Assembly: GCA_951406725.2 (NCBI GenBank)
Contig: OX597818.1
Span: 122,822,001 to 122,886,000, forward strand
Length of the DNA: 64,000 nucleotides
Direction: 5' to 3'
Source of the DNA: Octopus vulgaris
Lineage: Eukaryota
Shown: positions 40,821 to 53,895 of the stretch, piece after piece
How the letters are laid out: each line of letters opens with the position of its first letter
Numbering within the stretch: the first letter of the stretch is position 1
The notes under the pieces: generated by a model
Databases searched by the model: none
What the model was told of the DNA's origin: nothing
Seen by the model: only the letters and a program-made list of their open reading frames with translations
Made by a program: the position numbers and the translations under genes

Positions 40821-42032
40821 ATAAATAAATCAGATTTAATTCCCAGAACTTATGCACCTTCAGAAGGACTGATTCCGATGGTTCGAACGGTATGACACTT
40901 GTGACGGTGGCGTGATGAAGAAGGAACGCTGATTGGTTGAAACAAGATGGGTAGGATGGTGTTGGGGGTGAATAAGCCCCTATTGTTTCGAAAGAAATCC
41001 TGCATTGTTCACGAAAGTCACATTTCCTGTAATTTTTTAAATTTTTTTTATGCCATATAGTTCTGAAAGTTGCTTTAAATAAATCACTCTGTTGCAATAA
41101 TAAGTCTGCCACCGTTCTTTTGCAAATGCAATTGCGATCACTGTCTCACATTATATTGCTTTGTTATTGCAATTGTTGTTGAGTGTCTTCTTTATTCGCG
41201 TCGTATCTTTTCTTGTTAGTCTTTCTTTCTTTCTTTCCTTTTTTGCTTTTCAAGCGTTCCAAATTAAAAACCTGGAACGGAAAAGAGAAATGAAACGAAA
41301 CCAAGCTAAAGAAAATAGATTTGATTTATATACCCAGATTTCCGTGCGAGATAATTGAAATAAACGTATATATAAGGTAAATAGGCATTGTAATACTGAT
41401 ATATACGCCTGTGTACACGCACACACACACGTGCACACATATATGTGTACGCATGTATGCATGTATGAACGTTGTATTTATGTATATATGTATGTATGAA
41501 TCTATGCATATGTGCATATATAACTATGCATGCATGCATACATGTATGTATGCCTGTATGTATGCATTTATGTATGTATGTATGTATGTATAGGCAAGAG
41601 GGATGGAAAACGAAAGTAGAGGTAAGAGATTGTATATACAATATAGAAATAATCTTCGTAAGTATGTAATGAATAGGTGTGAAAGTGTGTGTGATGAAAG
41701 CGTATGATATGTTTCGGGCGGTTTGACTGAGTATAGCCTCCTGAATGGTTCTGTGCATGTATACAGATTTTATGTATGCGTACTTGAAAGAGAGGGGGGA
41801 TAGAGAGAGATGGAGAATGAGAGAGAGAGAGAGAGTGAGTGAAAGAGTGAGAGAGAGAGAGAGAGAGAGAGAGTGAGAGAATATGAGAAATTGTCTGACC
41901 AAATTTTGTTGGGAGAGATAACGATCAGATGTAGAGTAAATGGTTGATAAAATAATATGTGATTACTTGGAGGACACATTCAAAGAAAACAAAGAGTGAA
42001 AAAGAGATAGAAAGATAAGGGAAGGAGTAGAA

Positions 42033-42072
<40 letters not shown>

Positions 42073-42149
42073 GGGGGAGTCAAGAAAAAATGGGAGGGAA
42101 GGAATAAAATTTGTCGAGCGAGATGTATCTGATATTCACATAACTTTTA

Positions 42150-43570
42150 TAAACGTCGTTAATACATGCGTAAAATGCGTGTTGTAGTCATACATGGTAT
42201 GGTAATAAATGAGGCCGTAATGGAGAGATGGTACATTGTGTGGAAGTACTTGTTTAGTAATACATAGCGAAGTAATGCATGGTGTGGCAAACTGTGGTAA
42301 TACAAGGTTCAGGAAATACATAGTTTAGTAAAACATGCATAATACAGGCAAAGATGGTGATGTAATGTGTGATGTCGTAACACATGGAGGAGTAATGCAT
42401 TGTACATGAGGGATAATAAAGTGTGTGGGAAAGCAATGCATAACGAAGAAAAACGGTGTGGACATACGATTTGTAGTAATAAATAGGTTACTAAAAATGT
42501 ACATAATACAGCATATATATGGTGTGGTAATATATAATGTCGGAATACATGGAGGGGTAATGTATTGTATATGAATTCATAGCTTTGTAATATATAGCGA
42601 AGTAATGCATGATGTGGCAAAATGGTGTGGAAATACATGATTAGTAAAACATATATAATCTAGCACATTCATGGTGCGGAAATTCATAGTTAAGTAATAC
42701 ATGGTAAATACGCGTTGCAGTAATGCATAATTTCGTTAAAGATGATGTAGCAACGAATGCTATGGTAAATTCATGGTGTGGTAATGCATGAATTCGTCGC
42801 ATACGCTACGGTAATGCATGATATGATGTGTGGTAATACATAGAATACACAGTTTGGTAGCATATGTTGTGGAAGTTTGTAAAATGTATGATGTGGTAAT
42901 GTGTAGTCTGGTGGTGCTTGGTGAGGTTTGGTGATACATGGTACGGTAGTGCATAGTTTTGTAATATATAGCATGTTTTGTAAAATATAACATTTCATAG
43001 CGTGATGGGCTAATTTATTGTGTGACAAGACATTGCTTGATAATACATGGTGTGGTAAAACAGGGTATCGTAATTCATGACGTATTAATACATTGTACTG
43101 AAAAGTAACGTGTTGTAATATATGATGGGGGTAAAACAATGTGTTGGTAATCATGGGGTGGTAACTCATGGTGTAGTAATGCATGATGTAGTAAAGTATG
43201 GTGCGGTAACATATAGAGGGGTACGGTAATATATGGTGCAATAATACACAGAGTGGTAATACATAATGTGCTAACACAAGGTGTGTAAAACTATGATGTG
43301 GGAATGTACAATGTGATGAAGCAGGATGTGATTACAAATGGTGTGGTATGGTAGTACATGTTAAATATATGTAATACATAATTGTAATACATTGTGTGCA
43401 AATATATAATGTGTAAGCCCATTGTGTGGTACGTTAGTGGTAATATACGGTGTGGTATGCATCTTGCAATAAGACATGTGTACGTCCATGCTGACGTAAT
43501 TCATGTTGTGGCAATATATAGTTCGGTAATAGAAGTTGTGCTAATATACGGTTGGCTAATGTGTGATGTT
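42150..43570. repeat. Decayed minisatellite (unit about ATGGTGTGGTAATAC)
   Basis: Recurring gtgtggtaatacat/gtaatgcatg motifs throughout; higher-order copy 42256-42345 vs 42587-42660. Confidence 0.75.
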
Positions 43571-43616
43571 ACTGTTAATCTGACAACACTTAGCAAGCTC
43601 TATATTTAGAGGTTAT

Positions 43617-43817
43617 AAGGCGGCGAGCTGACAGAACCATTAGTGCGGCGAACAAAATGCGTTGCAGCACTTCTGAATTCAACTTCTGCCAAGGTTAACT
43701 TTGCCATTCATCCCTTCAAGGCCGATGAAATAAGTACCAGTTCAATACTGAGGTCGGTGCAATAGACTTTCTCTTCCCCGAAAAAATTATCGGCCCTTTG
43801 CCAAAATTTGAAGCAAT
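43617..43817 (+). mobile_element. SINE family B, single unit, with a 16-bp TSD
   Basis: aaggcggcgagctgacagaa head; tatatttaga(g/a)gttat at 43601-43616 and 43818-43833. Confidence 0.85.
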
Positions 43818-43904
43818 TATATTTAGAAGTTATCGTTATGATAGTTATGTGCTTTGTTATTTAGCACTCGCATCAGCTTTCATCAAGCAAAATTTCAAGC
43901 CATG

Positions 43905-44321
43905 ACTCTCTCTTTTACTCTTTTACTTGTTTCAGTCATTTGACTGCGGCCATGCTGGAGCACCGCCTTTAGTCGAGCAAATCGACCCCGGGACTTATTC
44001 TTTGTAAGCCCAGTACTTATTCTATCGGTATCTTTTGCCGAACCGCTAAGTAACGGGGACACAAACACACCAACATCGGTTGTCAAGCAATGCTAGGGGG
44101 ACAAACACAGACACACAAACACACACACACACACACATATATATATACATATATACGACGAGCTTCTTTCAGTTTCCGTCTACCAAATCCACTCACAAGG
44201 CTTTGGTCGGCCCGAGGCTATAGTAGAAGACACTTGCCCAAGGTGCCACGCAGTGGGACTGAACCCGGAACCATGTGGTTGGTAAACTAGCTACTTACCA
44301 CACAGCCACTCCTGCGCCTAT
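43905..44321 (-). mobile_element. SINE family A, full length
   Basis: Reverse complement: ggcgcaggagtggctgtgtggtaag...ccgggttcagtcccactgcgtggcaccttgggcaagtgtctt...gcagtcaaatgactgaaacaagtaaaagagtaaaagag. Confidence 0.95.
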
Positions 44322-45759
44322 AGCATCTGTTGATGTAATGTGGGGCTACATTATATCAACATTATTTATGATTGTCGGATATGATTGAGGGATACTACTC
44401 ATGTCGAGAGGCTACATATATATTTCTTCATTTGCTTAAGATGTCTTCTCCTACATAATTTAGTAATAAACATTTCCAATCATTTCTTCGATTTATTCTG
44501 AGAGAACCTCTTCATTTTAGACAATCCTGCTGGAAATAACAAACAAGTAACACCCGATCGCTTTTCCACAATGAGGCCAAATTGGATAAAGTAGTTAGAG
44601 GTAAAATATGTCGAAAAAAGATCATTAAGGAACTCAGTGACAACTGGTCGTCATGAACCGAACGGTTCCCTGGGATTAAACAGTAACAATTGCAATAGTA
44701 CCATTTTTTTCCTGTTTTTAACGAGCACGTAAACAATAAATATATCCGTATATCTTATATGCGAATAACATTTGCAGCCATATATTGCTGAAAATTTACA
44801 GCAACAGTATTAAATTTGTCAAACAGTAACCATGTTAACCGCACGCTTCTTTCTATATTTTCTCTGTAGTTTTGTAATCGGGCTTTCAATGTAACTTTTA
44901 TTCCGAATCAGTAACAAACCAATTAAGAGTTACCGTTGTTCACTCCAACGAACAGAAAGTTTATCACGACATAACATGCTGCTTGTTTGGTCACGGCGTT
45001 TTGCCAATTAATATGGAAATTGTAGCCATTGTGCATGTTAGCATTTGATGTTTGCTTTGGGTTTTTCTTGTTTTTCTAAATAAATGCATTGTAGCAAGAC
45101 AACCCCAAATTATCAGCTAACTAAATGTCAGTTGGTAGTTGTTGGATTGCTTAGCTGATATATCGAACGACCATATACACCTCACTAGATAGATCAGATC
45201 CAGTTTGTAGATATTTACAGTTGTAACTATTTCTCTACATATATTTATAATATTTCATCATTAGTTCATAGCTAGGTGTGGCTCGGTGGTTAGGGTGTTT
45301 GACTTCAAATCATAAGCCTCTTTGTTTCATACTTAAACACATCCTTCAGCAAAGCACTTACACGTTAAACAAGCAGGAAGAGGCTCCTTTTATCCTCTCA
45401 CTCCTGTTCTCGAACTCGCTTTTTGCACATTTTGAGCTGACTAGACGGTTTAAAGCCTTGTCAACTCAAAATGGCATTCTGACAAACTGCCAGTGATATT
45501 ATTCAATATCGACAACGTTTCTAACATCCATTCTTCACACAATATTTTCATGCGCGTCGTGGGGACACAGTCCTCTAAGACGTCCTTCACAGGGTCTTTT
45601 CTTTAACAATCATCAGCAAATATTCAATATTCCCAAGCGAGTATACCCAAGGTTAAAGACATTATCCAGCAATATTGCATGTGGTGTACACTTGGGTCTC
45701 TAGCAGTAAAATCTATCCCGTAATTCTATCTTGTAATTCTATTCTGAAATTGTAAGGTA

Positions 45760-46030
45760 TACTAGCCATCTCAATATGGCTAACCACTAAGGGTGGGTGT
45801 TACTGTAGCTTGTAGCCCCAGGAGATCATCGTCTCCTGCTGGCTTTAGGCACACTTTCTGTGCCCTTATGGTATTTGCAAAGGGAGGTCATCCCTCACTC
45901 GTCAACCTAGGTGACACGCACGGACTGCAGTTTCTAGGTATTTGCCTGTCTTCAGCGTACGACAGTCACCGGTTGTCGATGAAGGGGTCCCAAAGCAAAT
46001 CTTTATATCGTTTTCCCAGTAACTTTTTGT
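45760..46030 (-). mobile_element. Dispersed repeat, same family as 52927-53278
   Basis: Reverse complement matches 53030-53260 (ccctttgcaaatac, gcacagaaagtgtg, ctcctggggctaca, cacccttag.ggttagccatatt). Confidence 0.8.
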
Positions 46031-46932
46031 CACTGATCTCGAAAAACTGTATGCAAGCAATAATAAATCTCTGAAATTGTTTTCTCAAATATTTTGAACA
46101 CATACCTGTTGTATCGAAGTTGTAACACCTCAATGCAAAAACTTAGTGGTTCGAACTGGAATGATCCTCTCATATCCGAGTAATGCCCCACACCTTGAGT
46201 AACGCTATTCTGCGAACCTTCAAAGAAACCTCATTCTGGTTACTTGTAAATGACTCAAGAACAAAGCTTGCACAATCTCGATTCTCAGTATAAATACGGA
46301 CTGTGAATCAATCTTTACAAATATCAATCTTTTACAAATAAAGAGTTCGACAACGGCATTGAGTATTTTGATAGAAAACTGGCTTAACCTAAAATGTGGT
46401 TTTACATTGAAACTGCATATTTTTATAAATACATTATACATACATGTATATACAATTATAATAAACATATATATCTAAATGTACAAAAATAAGCATATAT
46501 ATACATACGCATACATACATAAAATCTGAAGGTATACTACACGTTTATACAGAAACAAACTCACACACTAAGGCAAACACACTCACACACACACATGCAC
46601 ATACACATACATGCATACATATAGTTTCACAGTCCATACACACATACACACACACATACATACGCTAATCAGAGATTTTTTTTTTCATATACAGAAGATA
46701 AAGGTGTGAGTCGGATATTACCCAGTGTGGAAATTTAACAGGTATCTCGAGGATATACGAAGTTTGCAAAAATCCTGAAACTTTCAAACATCCACAACTA
46801 CGTAAACGCAGCCCGTTTCTAGTCATCCACTTATCACTGTGAACAAAGCTTTTCAGTTTCTGTGAATCAAACATTAAATGAAATTGATCTCGTTCATAGG
46901 CACAAAAGAAGAAACTTTAAAGGAGTTTAAAT

Positions 46933-47058
46933 AGGCGCAGGTTCCGGGTTCAGTCCCACTGCGTGGCATCTTCAGCAAGTGTCTTCTGCTATAGCCCCGG
47001 GCCGACCAATGCCTTGTGAGTGGATTTGGTAGACATAAACTGAAAGAAGCCTGTCGTA

Positions 47059-47111
<53 letters not shown>

Positions 47112-47325
47112 TTGTTTGTGCGTCTGTGTTTGTCCCCCTTGACAACCGATGCTGGTGTGTTTATGACCCGTTACTTAGCGGTTCGGCAAAAGAGACCGAT
47201 AGAATAAGTACTGGGCTATCAAAAAGAATAAGTCCCGGGGTCGAGTTGCTCGATTAAAGGCGGTGCTCCAGCATGGCCGCAGTCAAATGACTGAAACAAG
47301 TAAAAGAGTAGAAGAGAGTAAGAGA
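46933..47325 (+). mobile_element. SINE family A with a deletion in the head
   Basis: ggcgcag joined directly to gttccgggttcagtcccact; rest near consensus. Confidence 0.92.
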
Positions 47326-48537
47326 GCTGATTATATCAACTCCAGTATTTGACTGGTACTTTCCTTTGTCGATCCCAAAGAATAACAGACAAAGTTGAAT
47401 CAGAGTGGGATTTGAAAGTTTTAAATCTAATATATTACTTAATAAATAACGAATAACACATGGTTATCGGTTCTATGGTATCTCAAAATTTTCACATACT
47501 CACGCGGGTACGTCAACATAGTAGGGCATCATGAAACGATTTACGAAAGAAAGTATTTGGATACTCCTACTCTACAAACTAATGAAGTTTAAAATTATAG
47601 TATAGGGGTCCACATATATTTGAACATATATATTTACTTATACTTAACTTTTGAAATACCCTCTGAAATACTCCTTATAAGAGGAGATTATATATTTTCG
47701 AAACTAATGTTTCATTAATTAATTTTGTGTTATTTATGGGCATGCTGATACCTTTAAATGTATACAATAAACTTCGAATATATCATAATAGCGGTATATC
47801 TGAGAGAACATTTGCTGCCATTCAAACCGTTTAAGGGAAAAATGTTGCTTCGCTGTCGAGCCGAACTATTCATGTGTTTGCTTTCTGTCGATTAATATTA
47901 ATAAAACGGATACATAAGCATTTATCTTCGACCAACAGCAACAAATACAGTTAGCTGCTTGATTATTTGTGAAGAGAGGTATACCTAAAAGGACGATAAG
48001 CTCTAATGAGTTTAGCATATAATTGTGATACTAAAAACTAAACAACGGGAACCAAACTGTGTTGAAGATTTGGTTCGTTTGCGCTGAACACATATATTCC
48101 GATGCTTGCTACATCAAAAGATTAGTTTCCATTATATCATCCTGACACAATTTTATTAAACGCAGTTAAACAATTTCTTCTAGACGGGAATTCTTTACTC
48201 CATGATTAAAAATCCGGAAATTGTATTCACTAAAGCCCATTTCAACCTACAAATCAATTTATAACAACGTATCTATTTATTACATCCATATATAACGTTC
48301 AATCCCATATCCAACAAGTTACGAATACGTTAGAGTGTCGCAAGAAGATCAGAAAAACAGAACCATCGTGGGGGGTATCGCGAGATCCATTCATTTCGTT
48401 TAGCTATTTCACGTTGAGTTTTGTCATAGAGAAAAAAGACTTGGTAGAATGCTCTTCTGTCGACGTATTCACGTAGTATAAAACTTAAATTTAGTAAAGG
48501 AAACATTGAGTTGGGGTGGTCATAACTATACTGTGGT

Positions 48538-48602
48538 TGTTTCTTTTCTTCTGTAGTTTCAGCTCAGAGCTGCGGCCATGCTGATACACCGCCGTTAGAA
48601 AG
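48538..48602 (-). mobile_element. SINE/LINE-type 3' tail joined to the 5S copy
   Basis: Reverse complement ggcggtgtatcagcatggccgcagctctgagctgaaactacagaagaaaag vs family A tail ggcggtgctccagcatggccgcagtcaaatgactgaaacaagtaaaag. Confidence 0.8.
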
Positions 48603-48722
48603 ACGTTTACAGCATCTAGGTTTCCCAAGCGGTCACCCATCTAAGTACTAACTAGGCTCGAATTTGCTTAACTTCAGTGATCGGACGAGAACCGGTGTTT
48701 TCAAAATGATATGGCCAAGAAA
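48603..48722 (-). pseudogene. 5S rRNA-derived sequence (head of a SINE3-like chimera)
   Basis: Reverse complement ggccatatcattttgaaaacaccggttctcgtccgatcactgaagttaagc...ttagtacttagatgggtgaccgcttgggaaacctagatgctgta follows the metazoan 5S rRNA sequence, with several substitutions. Confidence 0.92.
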
Positions 48723-49205
48723 GTAAAACAACTAAAATAGTTGAAAATAGCGTTTTTTAAAATCTGGTTGATACCATCGCTCGTGAGCTGGGGCGTGTGG
48801 ATTCCAGAGTGGATGAAAAATAGTAAAGGTGCGCTTTGGAAGAGTATGATGGTTAGAAGGAGTGTGATTTTCGCTAGAATTATATTTGTACCACGTACAG
48901 TATTTACAATTTTCTTACGTTTTCCAAAGACAGTAGAGTATGCGTTACACGTAGTTTACCGTCATTTGAAAACAGGATTGATGACTTTCTAGGCTACAAT
49001 ATAAGGAAACTCCATTCTTTGCTAATTATCATGACCTTTTAAAATAGTTGGCTTTAGTCAACGGGAATATCTAAAAAAGAGGCGCACAGTGATGGAGCAC
49101 TTACAAGAAATTATGGATAATAAACCATTACATAAAACAGATTGTGTTTGATTGAAATAACTGGTGTTCATTTTTGCTTGCTTTCCAAAACACATGAAGG
49201 AGACA

Positions 49206-49316
<111 letters not shown>

Positions 49317-49950
49317 ACTCGGTAATAGCCGGCGCCGAGTTACAAATGTTTGAGAATCAATGGTGTAAACGAAACCGAAAAGCAGCTTCGATTCCACAAG
49401 ACACATGAATTCTTCTTTGAGTTGGAATATAGTCATATTTTTCATGATATGGTAGCAATGATAATAAATAATAATTTCGTTTCTCTTGGCGCGAGATCCA
49501 ATATTTACGAAAATAGCTAACTGTATTACTGCTATTTTCCAGCTTTTCGAGTGTAATTAGTGATGTAAGTGACGAGGAATAAACAACATACTAATAAAAT
49601 CGAAACTAAATTTTGGCCTCAACTTACCAAGTGATTACCACTTGCTTCTACACAGCTCACTGATATTAGGTATGATAGTAATGATACCACTATGGTTATT
49701 GGGAGAATAATAACTAGGATAATTACGTTTGGAAAGAAGCAACAAGCGAAACAATATTATTGCCAAAACCGGTTAAACTGGTTTTCATCTACGAAGTAAT
49801 GATTTCTTCTGATATATATTAAGACACATTCTGACACGACAATCAGCGGGGTCATCATCTTCAAATGATATGCATGCATACATCCATCCATCCATATACA
49901 AGTATATGAGTATATATATATATGTGTGTATGTGAATGTCTATGCATATA

Positions 49951-50064
<114 letters not shown>

Positions 50065-50756
50065 CTACTAACAGAAATTATACTTAGCGATTGAAGAGAC
50101 TCTGCAGCAAAAGATAATTACTACTGAAAATATCTAAATTGTGTTCAATAGTGTCAACAGTATGTGCTAGTAAAATACGTCAATTTATGTGTACATTTAA
50201 CAGAATACCTGACAATGAAATGCGCTGCTTCAGATCAAATCAATACTGGATAAAATCCACCTAAAATAGCAGATGCAGAAGTAATCTAAAATTTTAGGAA
50301 TAAACGCAAATCAATGAATCTAGTTTGTATGGTTGGCTAGAAATTGGATGCAATTGGAAGATTATCGAGTGTCGCGGAAATCGGGTGAGAGTTGAAAGTG
50401 TAATTTTAAAATTCGAAAATATGTCTGCTTGTAGACATATTTAACATGTATTTATTATGAAAAGCGTCCGACATATCCATCCATCAATCCATCCATCTAT
50501 ACATACATACATACATACATACATACATACATGCATACATACATACATACATACATACATACATACATACATACATACATACATACATACATACATACAT
50601 ACATACATACGTTATATACATATATATGTATATATATAGGTTCAGCAAAAATTTAGATTCAAATGAATATGGTACTTAATTTAGATGCACCGGAATTCTA
50701 TATGGTGTTATCCATAAAAATCCGTGGGGTGATTATAATCAAAATTGCTTATTTTG

Positions 50757-50843
<87 letters not shown>

Positions 50844-52516
50844 ATGAAAATGTTTTAGTTTGAAAGAAAAAGGTGGATTTTCAATTAGGCATATAGATTC
50901 GAACCTGAATCTACAGAATACCCTTTTAGCGTACCACAGCACATTCTCAAGAAGCTCAACACATGGCCGATGCTAGGTCGATTTGTGTATTCTCCACTTG
51001 ACCTTTTTGACTCCTCCTTTTCAAACATTAGTTGACAGGAGATAAAGTAGATACCTACGGCCGTTCCCATTGTTTTCAGAGCGGTATGTCCCTCTTTCTT
51101 GCCGTGTTACGATAATTAGAAATACAGATTAAAGTCAGTTAGTGAAGAGAGGTTGGCGAGATGACCAGGGAACGTGACAACTAGCTCACTTTAGAATGGC
51201 AAATGTCATTCTGTCCTCCTTGACAGCTGCTGAAATAACATGCAGAACGTTGGCATCATTCAGTCTTTCACCTCTATCCACTGACTCTATCACCCTATAA
51301 GGGTTTATCACTACTACTAACGACATAAACAGTAAACAACAACACAAGAGGACAACATTAAGAATGACCTCCCTTTTGCTTTGATCGCCTTTCGAGGATT
51401 TGCTATGCGTCAAGGAACTCCGCCTGTCTTTAAGAACTGATATGTATATTCAACTATTTGTTACAACTCTGCGTTTGAACTCTGATATTTTGTGACGACT
51501 TATGTTTTGGACTCAAATATTTATAACAGCTTTGAGGTGCCTTCGTTCTGTGTGTTTTATGCCATTCATCTTTATTAAATACATGTTTTGTTCCTTTTCG
51601 AACCATGTTTTTTTTGGGGTGATGAGTCTACCCCACAGCTCATTCTATTTTTGAGGGATACGGGACCCCTTCAGTCTCGGCGGACTCAGAAGTTTCAATT
51701 CGGAGTATATGGGGCAATCTTTCTGCTCCTCTCCATTTGGTGAGTTTAAATTCAGATTTAATTGCTGGTGAGGTGAAATTAGGTGTTGTTGACTCTTTCC
51801 CAGGTGCAGGTATCGATATGTTGTTAGAGAATGATATTATTGGATCCAAAGTTGCGGCTGAACCTGTTGCCACCGTTTCTCCAGAGTGTTCTGTTAGTGC
51901 AGGAAAATCGGAGGAGGACTTTCTTGATATTTTCCTTATGCAGTGACTTGTTAAATGTCGGAGGACATTTCTTTTAAGACTTCTCAGCCGAATGATCCAT
52001 CTTTTGATGTGTCGGGGAACATCATGGATCATTCTGTTTACGATATAGAGGCTGATGACGTATCTGCAAGTATTCTTGATAAATCTGATAGTGTGTTAGG
52101 AGGTGACCACGTTCGTTCTAGGGAGCGACTCATTAATGCACAGGGTAAGGACGCTGAATTGCAAGAATTAGCTGATAAGGCTATTTCTTTCGAGGAGCTT
52201 AGTAAGGTTTAGGCTTGTTGCTATTTTGAGAAAAGACGGTTGTGTCATGAAGACAAGGTTGAACATTTTGATGATGATGTTAGCAATGCTAAATTTAATG
52301 TCCGTAGTGTTAGTGTTTCATTTAAATCAACCAATTCTAATGTATTGACTCATCTTGATGAGAAATTGTTGCATTTGTTCATTGAGCAGAAAACTCAATT
52401 GCCAGATTTCTCACATTTATTTTCGGGTGTGCCTGGCCAAACTAACATCGTTAGGTGATGCTGTTAAGCAACATCCGCATCGGATGAATTCCGTGAAAAA
52501 TGAAACAATGCGGAAA

Positions 52517-52747
52517 GAAGAAGTGAAAGCCACAGCTACGTTGGTGTACCAGAAGATAACCACTGCTTATGACATTTTAAAACATGATGAACACAGAAAT
52601 GATAGCAGTTACATGGTGGCTCATCCAGAGGAATACTACCTTGATTATTTCTATTTCTATCGCACTCTGGTGCCAAAAGTTGATGTTGAAATTGTCATAG
52701 CTGTTACCGTTTCTGTCGCATCTGTTATTCAGTATTTAAATGCATGG
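52517..52747 (+). pseudogene. DNAJC25: Captured fragment of DnaJ homolog subfamily C member 25
   Basis: YQKITTAYDILKHDEHRNDSSYMVAHPEEYYLDYFYFYRTLVPKVDVEIVIAVTVSVASVIQY resembles DNAJC25 as recalled from memory ([60 protein letters not shown]). Confidence 0.85.
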
Positions 52748-52926
52748 GAAGGTAATATTACAGTTGTCAAAATGTTACGGACACAGGATGATGAATTAAC
52801 TTTTAAGAGCAGAGACAGTGTTCGTGCTAATGCACTTCCTGAACTGAAAAGTTCAGAACATTATTGTTACAGTAGCATCAACCCTTAGGGGTTAGCCATA
52901 TTTAAATGGTAAATATACGTCACGAT

Positions 52927-53278
52927 GTGTTGTAGCTACTGTTTATAACTCTCTCTGAGATTTATTATTGCTTGTTTGCACTTTTTCGATATCAGTGTCT
53001 ATCGATACTGGAAAACGTATAAGTATTTGTGAAGGGAACCTACTTCTCATCGACAACTGTGATTGCCACACGCCGAGGACGGGTCAATACCCAGACACTC
53101 GAGTTCGTGTGTATCATAAGCTGAAGACGAGAAGGATGGCTTCCCTTTGCAAATACTGATAAGGCACAGAAAGTGTGTCTATAGCCAGCTGGAGGAGGTG
53201 TCCTCCTGGGGCTACAAACTACAGTAGCATCCACCCTTAGGGGTTAGCCATATTTAAATTGCAAATATACGTCACGAT
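52927..53278 (+). mobile_element. Nested repeat whose last 59 bp duplicate 52868-52926 (pLTR-like)
   Basis: 52868-52926 matches 53220-53278; homologous to 45760-46030. Confidence 0.65.
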
Positions 53279-53571
53279 TGTTATTGTTATTTACATGATA
53301 TTACTTGCTTGATTAATGATGCATCTGCATTGCGCTTGATGTTCCTATGTTTTGTTTCTGATATTGAATGTATTATCTTTGTTGTTGTAAAAGTAAATTT
53401 CTGAGAAACTTTCTTTTCCCTATGGGGGAGAGAGTTGTGGAAATGTTTAACTTGGAAAGGAAAAAGGTGGATTTTCATATTGACTCGAACCTGAATCTAC
53501 AAGATTCCATTCTAACGTACCACAGAAACTTGTCTCGGAGAGACAAGAATTGACAGTTGTGAAGCTGGGCA

Positions 53572-53842
53572 CTGGAATTTCAACATCAACATCAGGGTCT
53601 TTCTGTTTGTATGTATGTATGAAAATATGTATGTATGTATGTATGCAGATTTGTATGTTTCATGTATATATTCTCATGCATATAGTTGCATATCTAGACA
53701 TGCTCATATATATTGAAATGATAAACTTCTGGAAAGGTTTACAGATCATTACAGTTCCAGTGATGGATTAGATCTGTAGTCCTCAAATTAGCTTTCTCCT
53801 TCTGGTTTTGATAAGCCTAATTTCTGAAGGTTGGTATTTAGG
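53572..53842 (+). mobile_element. Unclassified dispersed repeat (copy of 5636-5901)
   Basis: Colinear identity with 5636-5901. Confidence 0.75.
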
Positions 53843-53861
53843 CAGTGTGTATGTATGTATG

Positions 53862-53895
<34 letters not shown>

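Larger units (their letters stand above)
50840..53545 (+). mobile_element. Defective Gypsy (Gmr1-like) LTR retrotransposon
   Basis: 5' LTR about 50840-51465 (TG...CA); its first ~110 bp recur at 53436-53545 after the PPT gggggagagag; frameshifted ILRDTG protease motif, LHLVSLNSDLIAGEVKLGVVDSFPGAGIDMLLEND, LINAQGKDAEL, LFSGVPGQT, GDAVKQHPHRMN. Confidence 0.85.

Noticed and set aside
48603-48722. Functional 5S rRNA gene
   Set aside because: Solitary copy, altered 5' end and stem substitutions, no T4 terminator directly after the end, and fused to a retroelement tail
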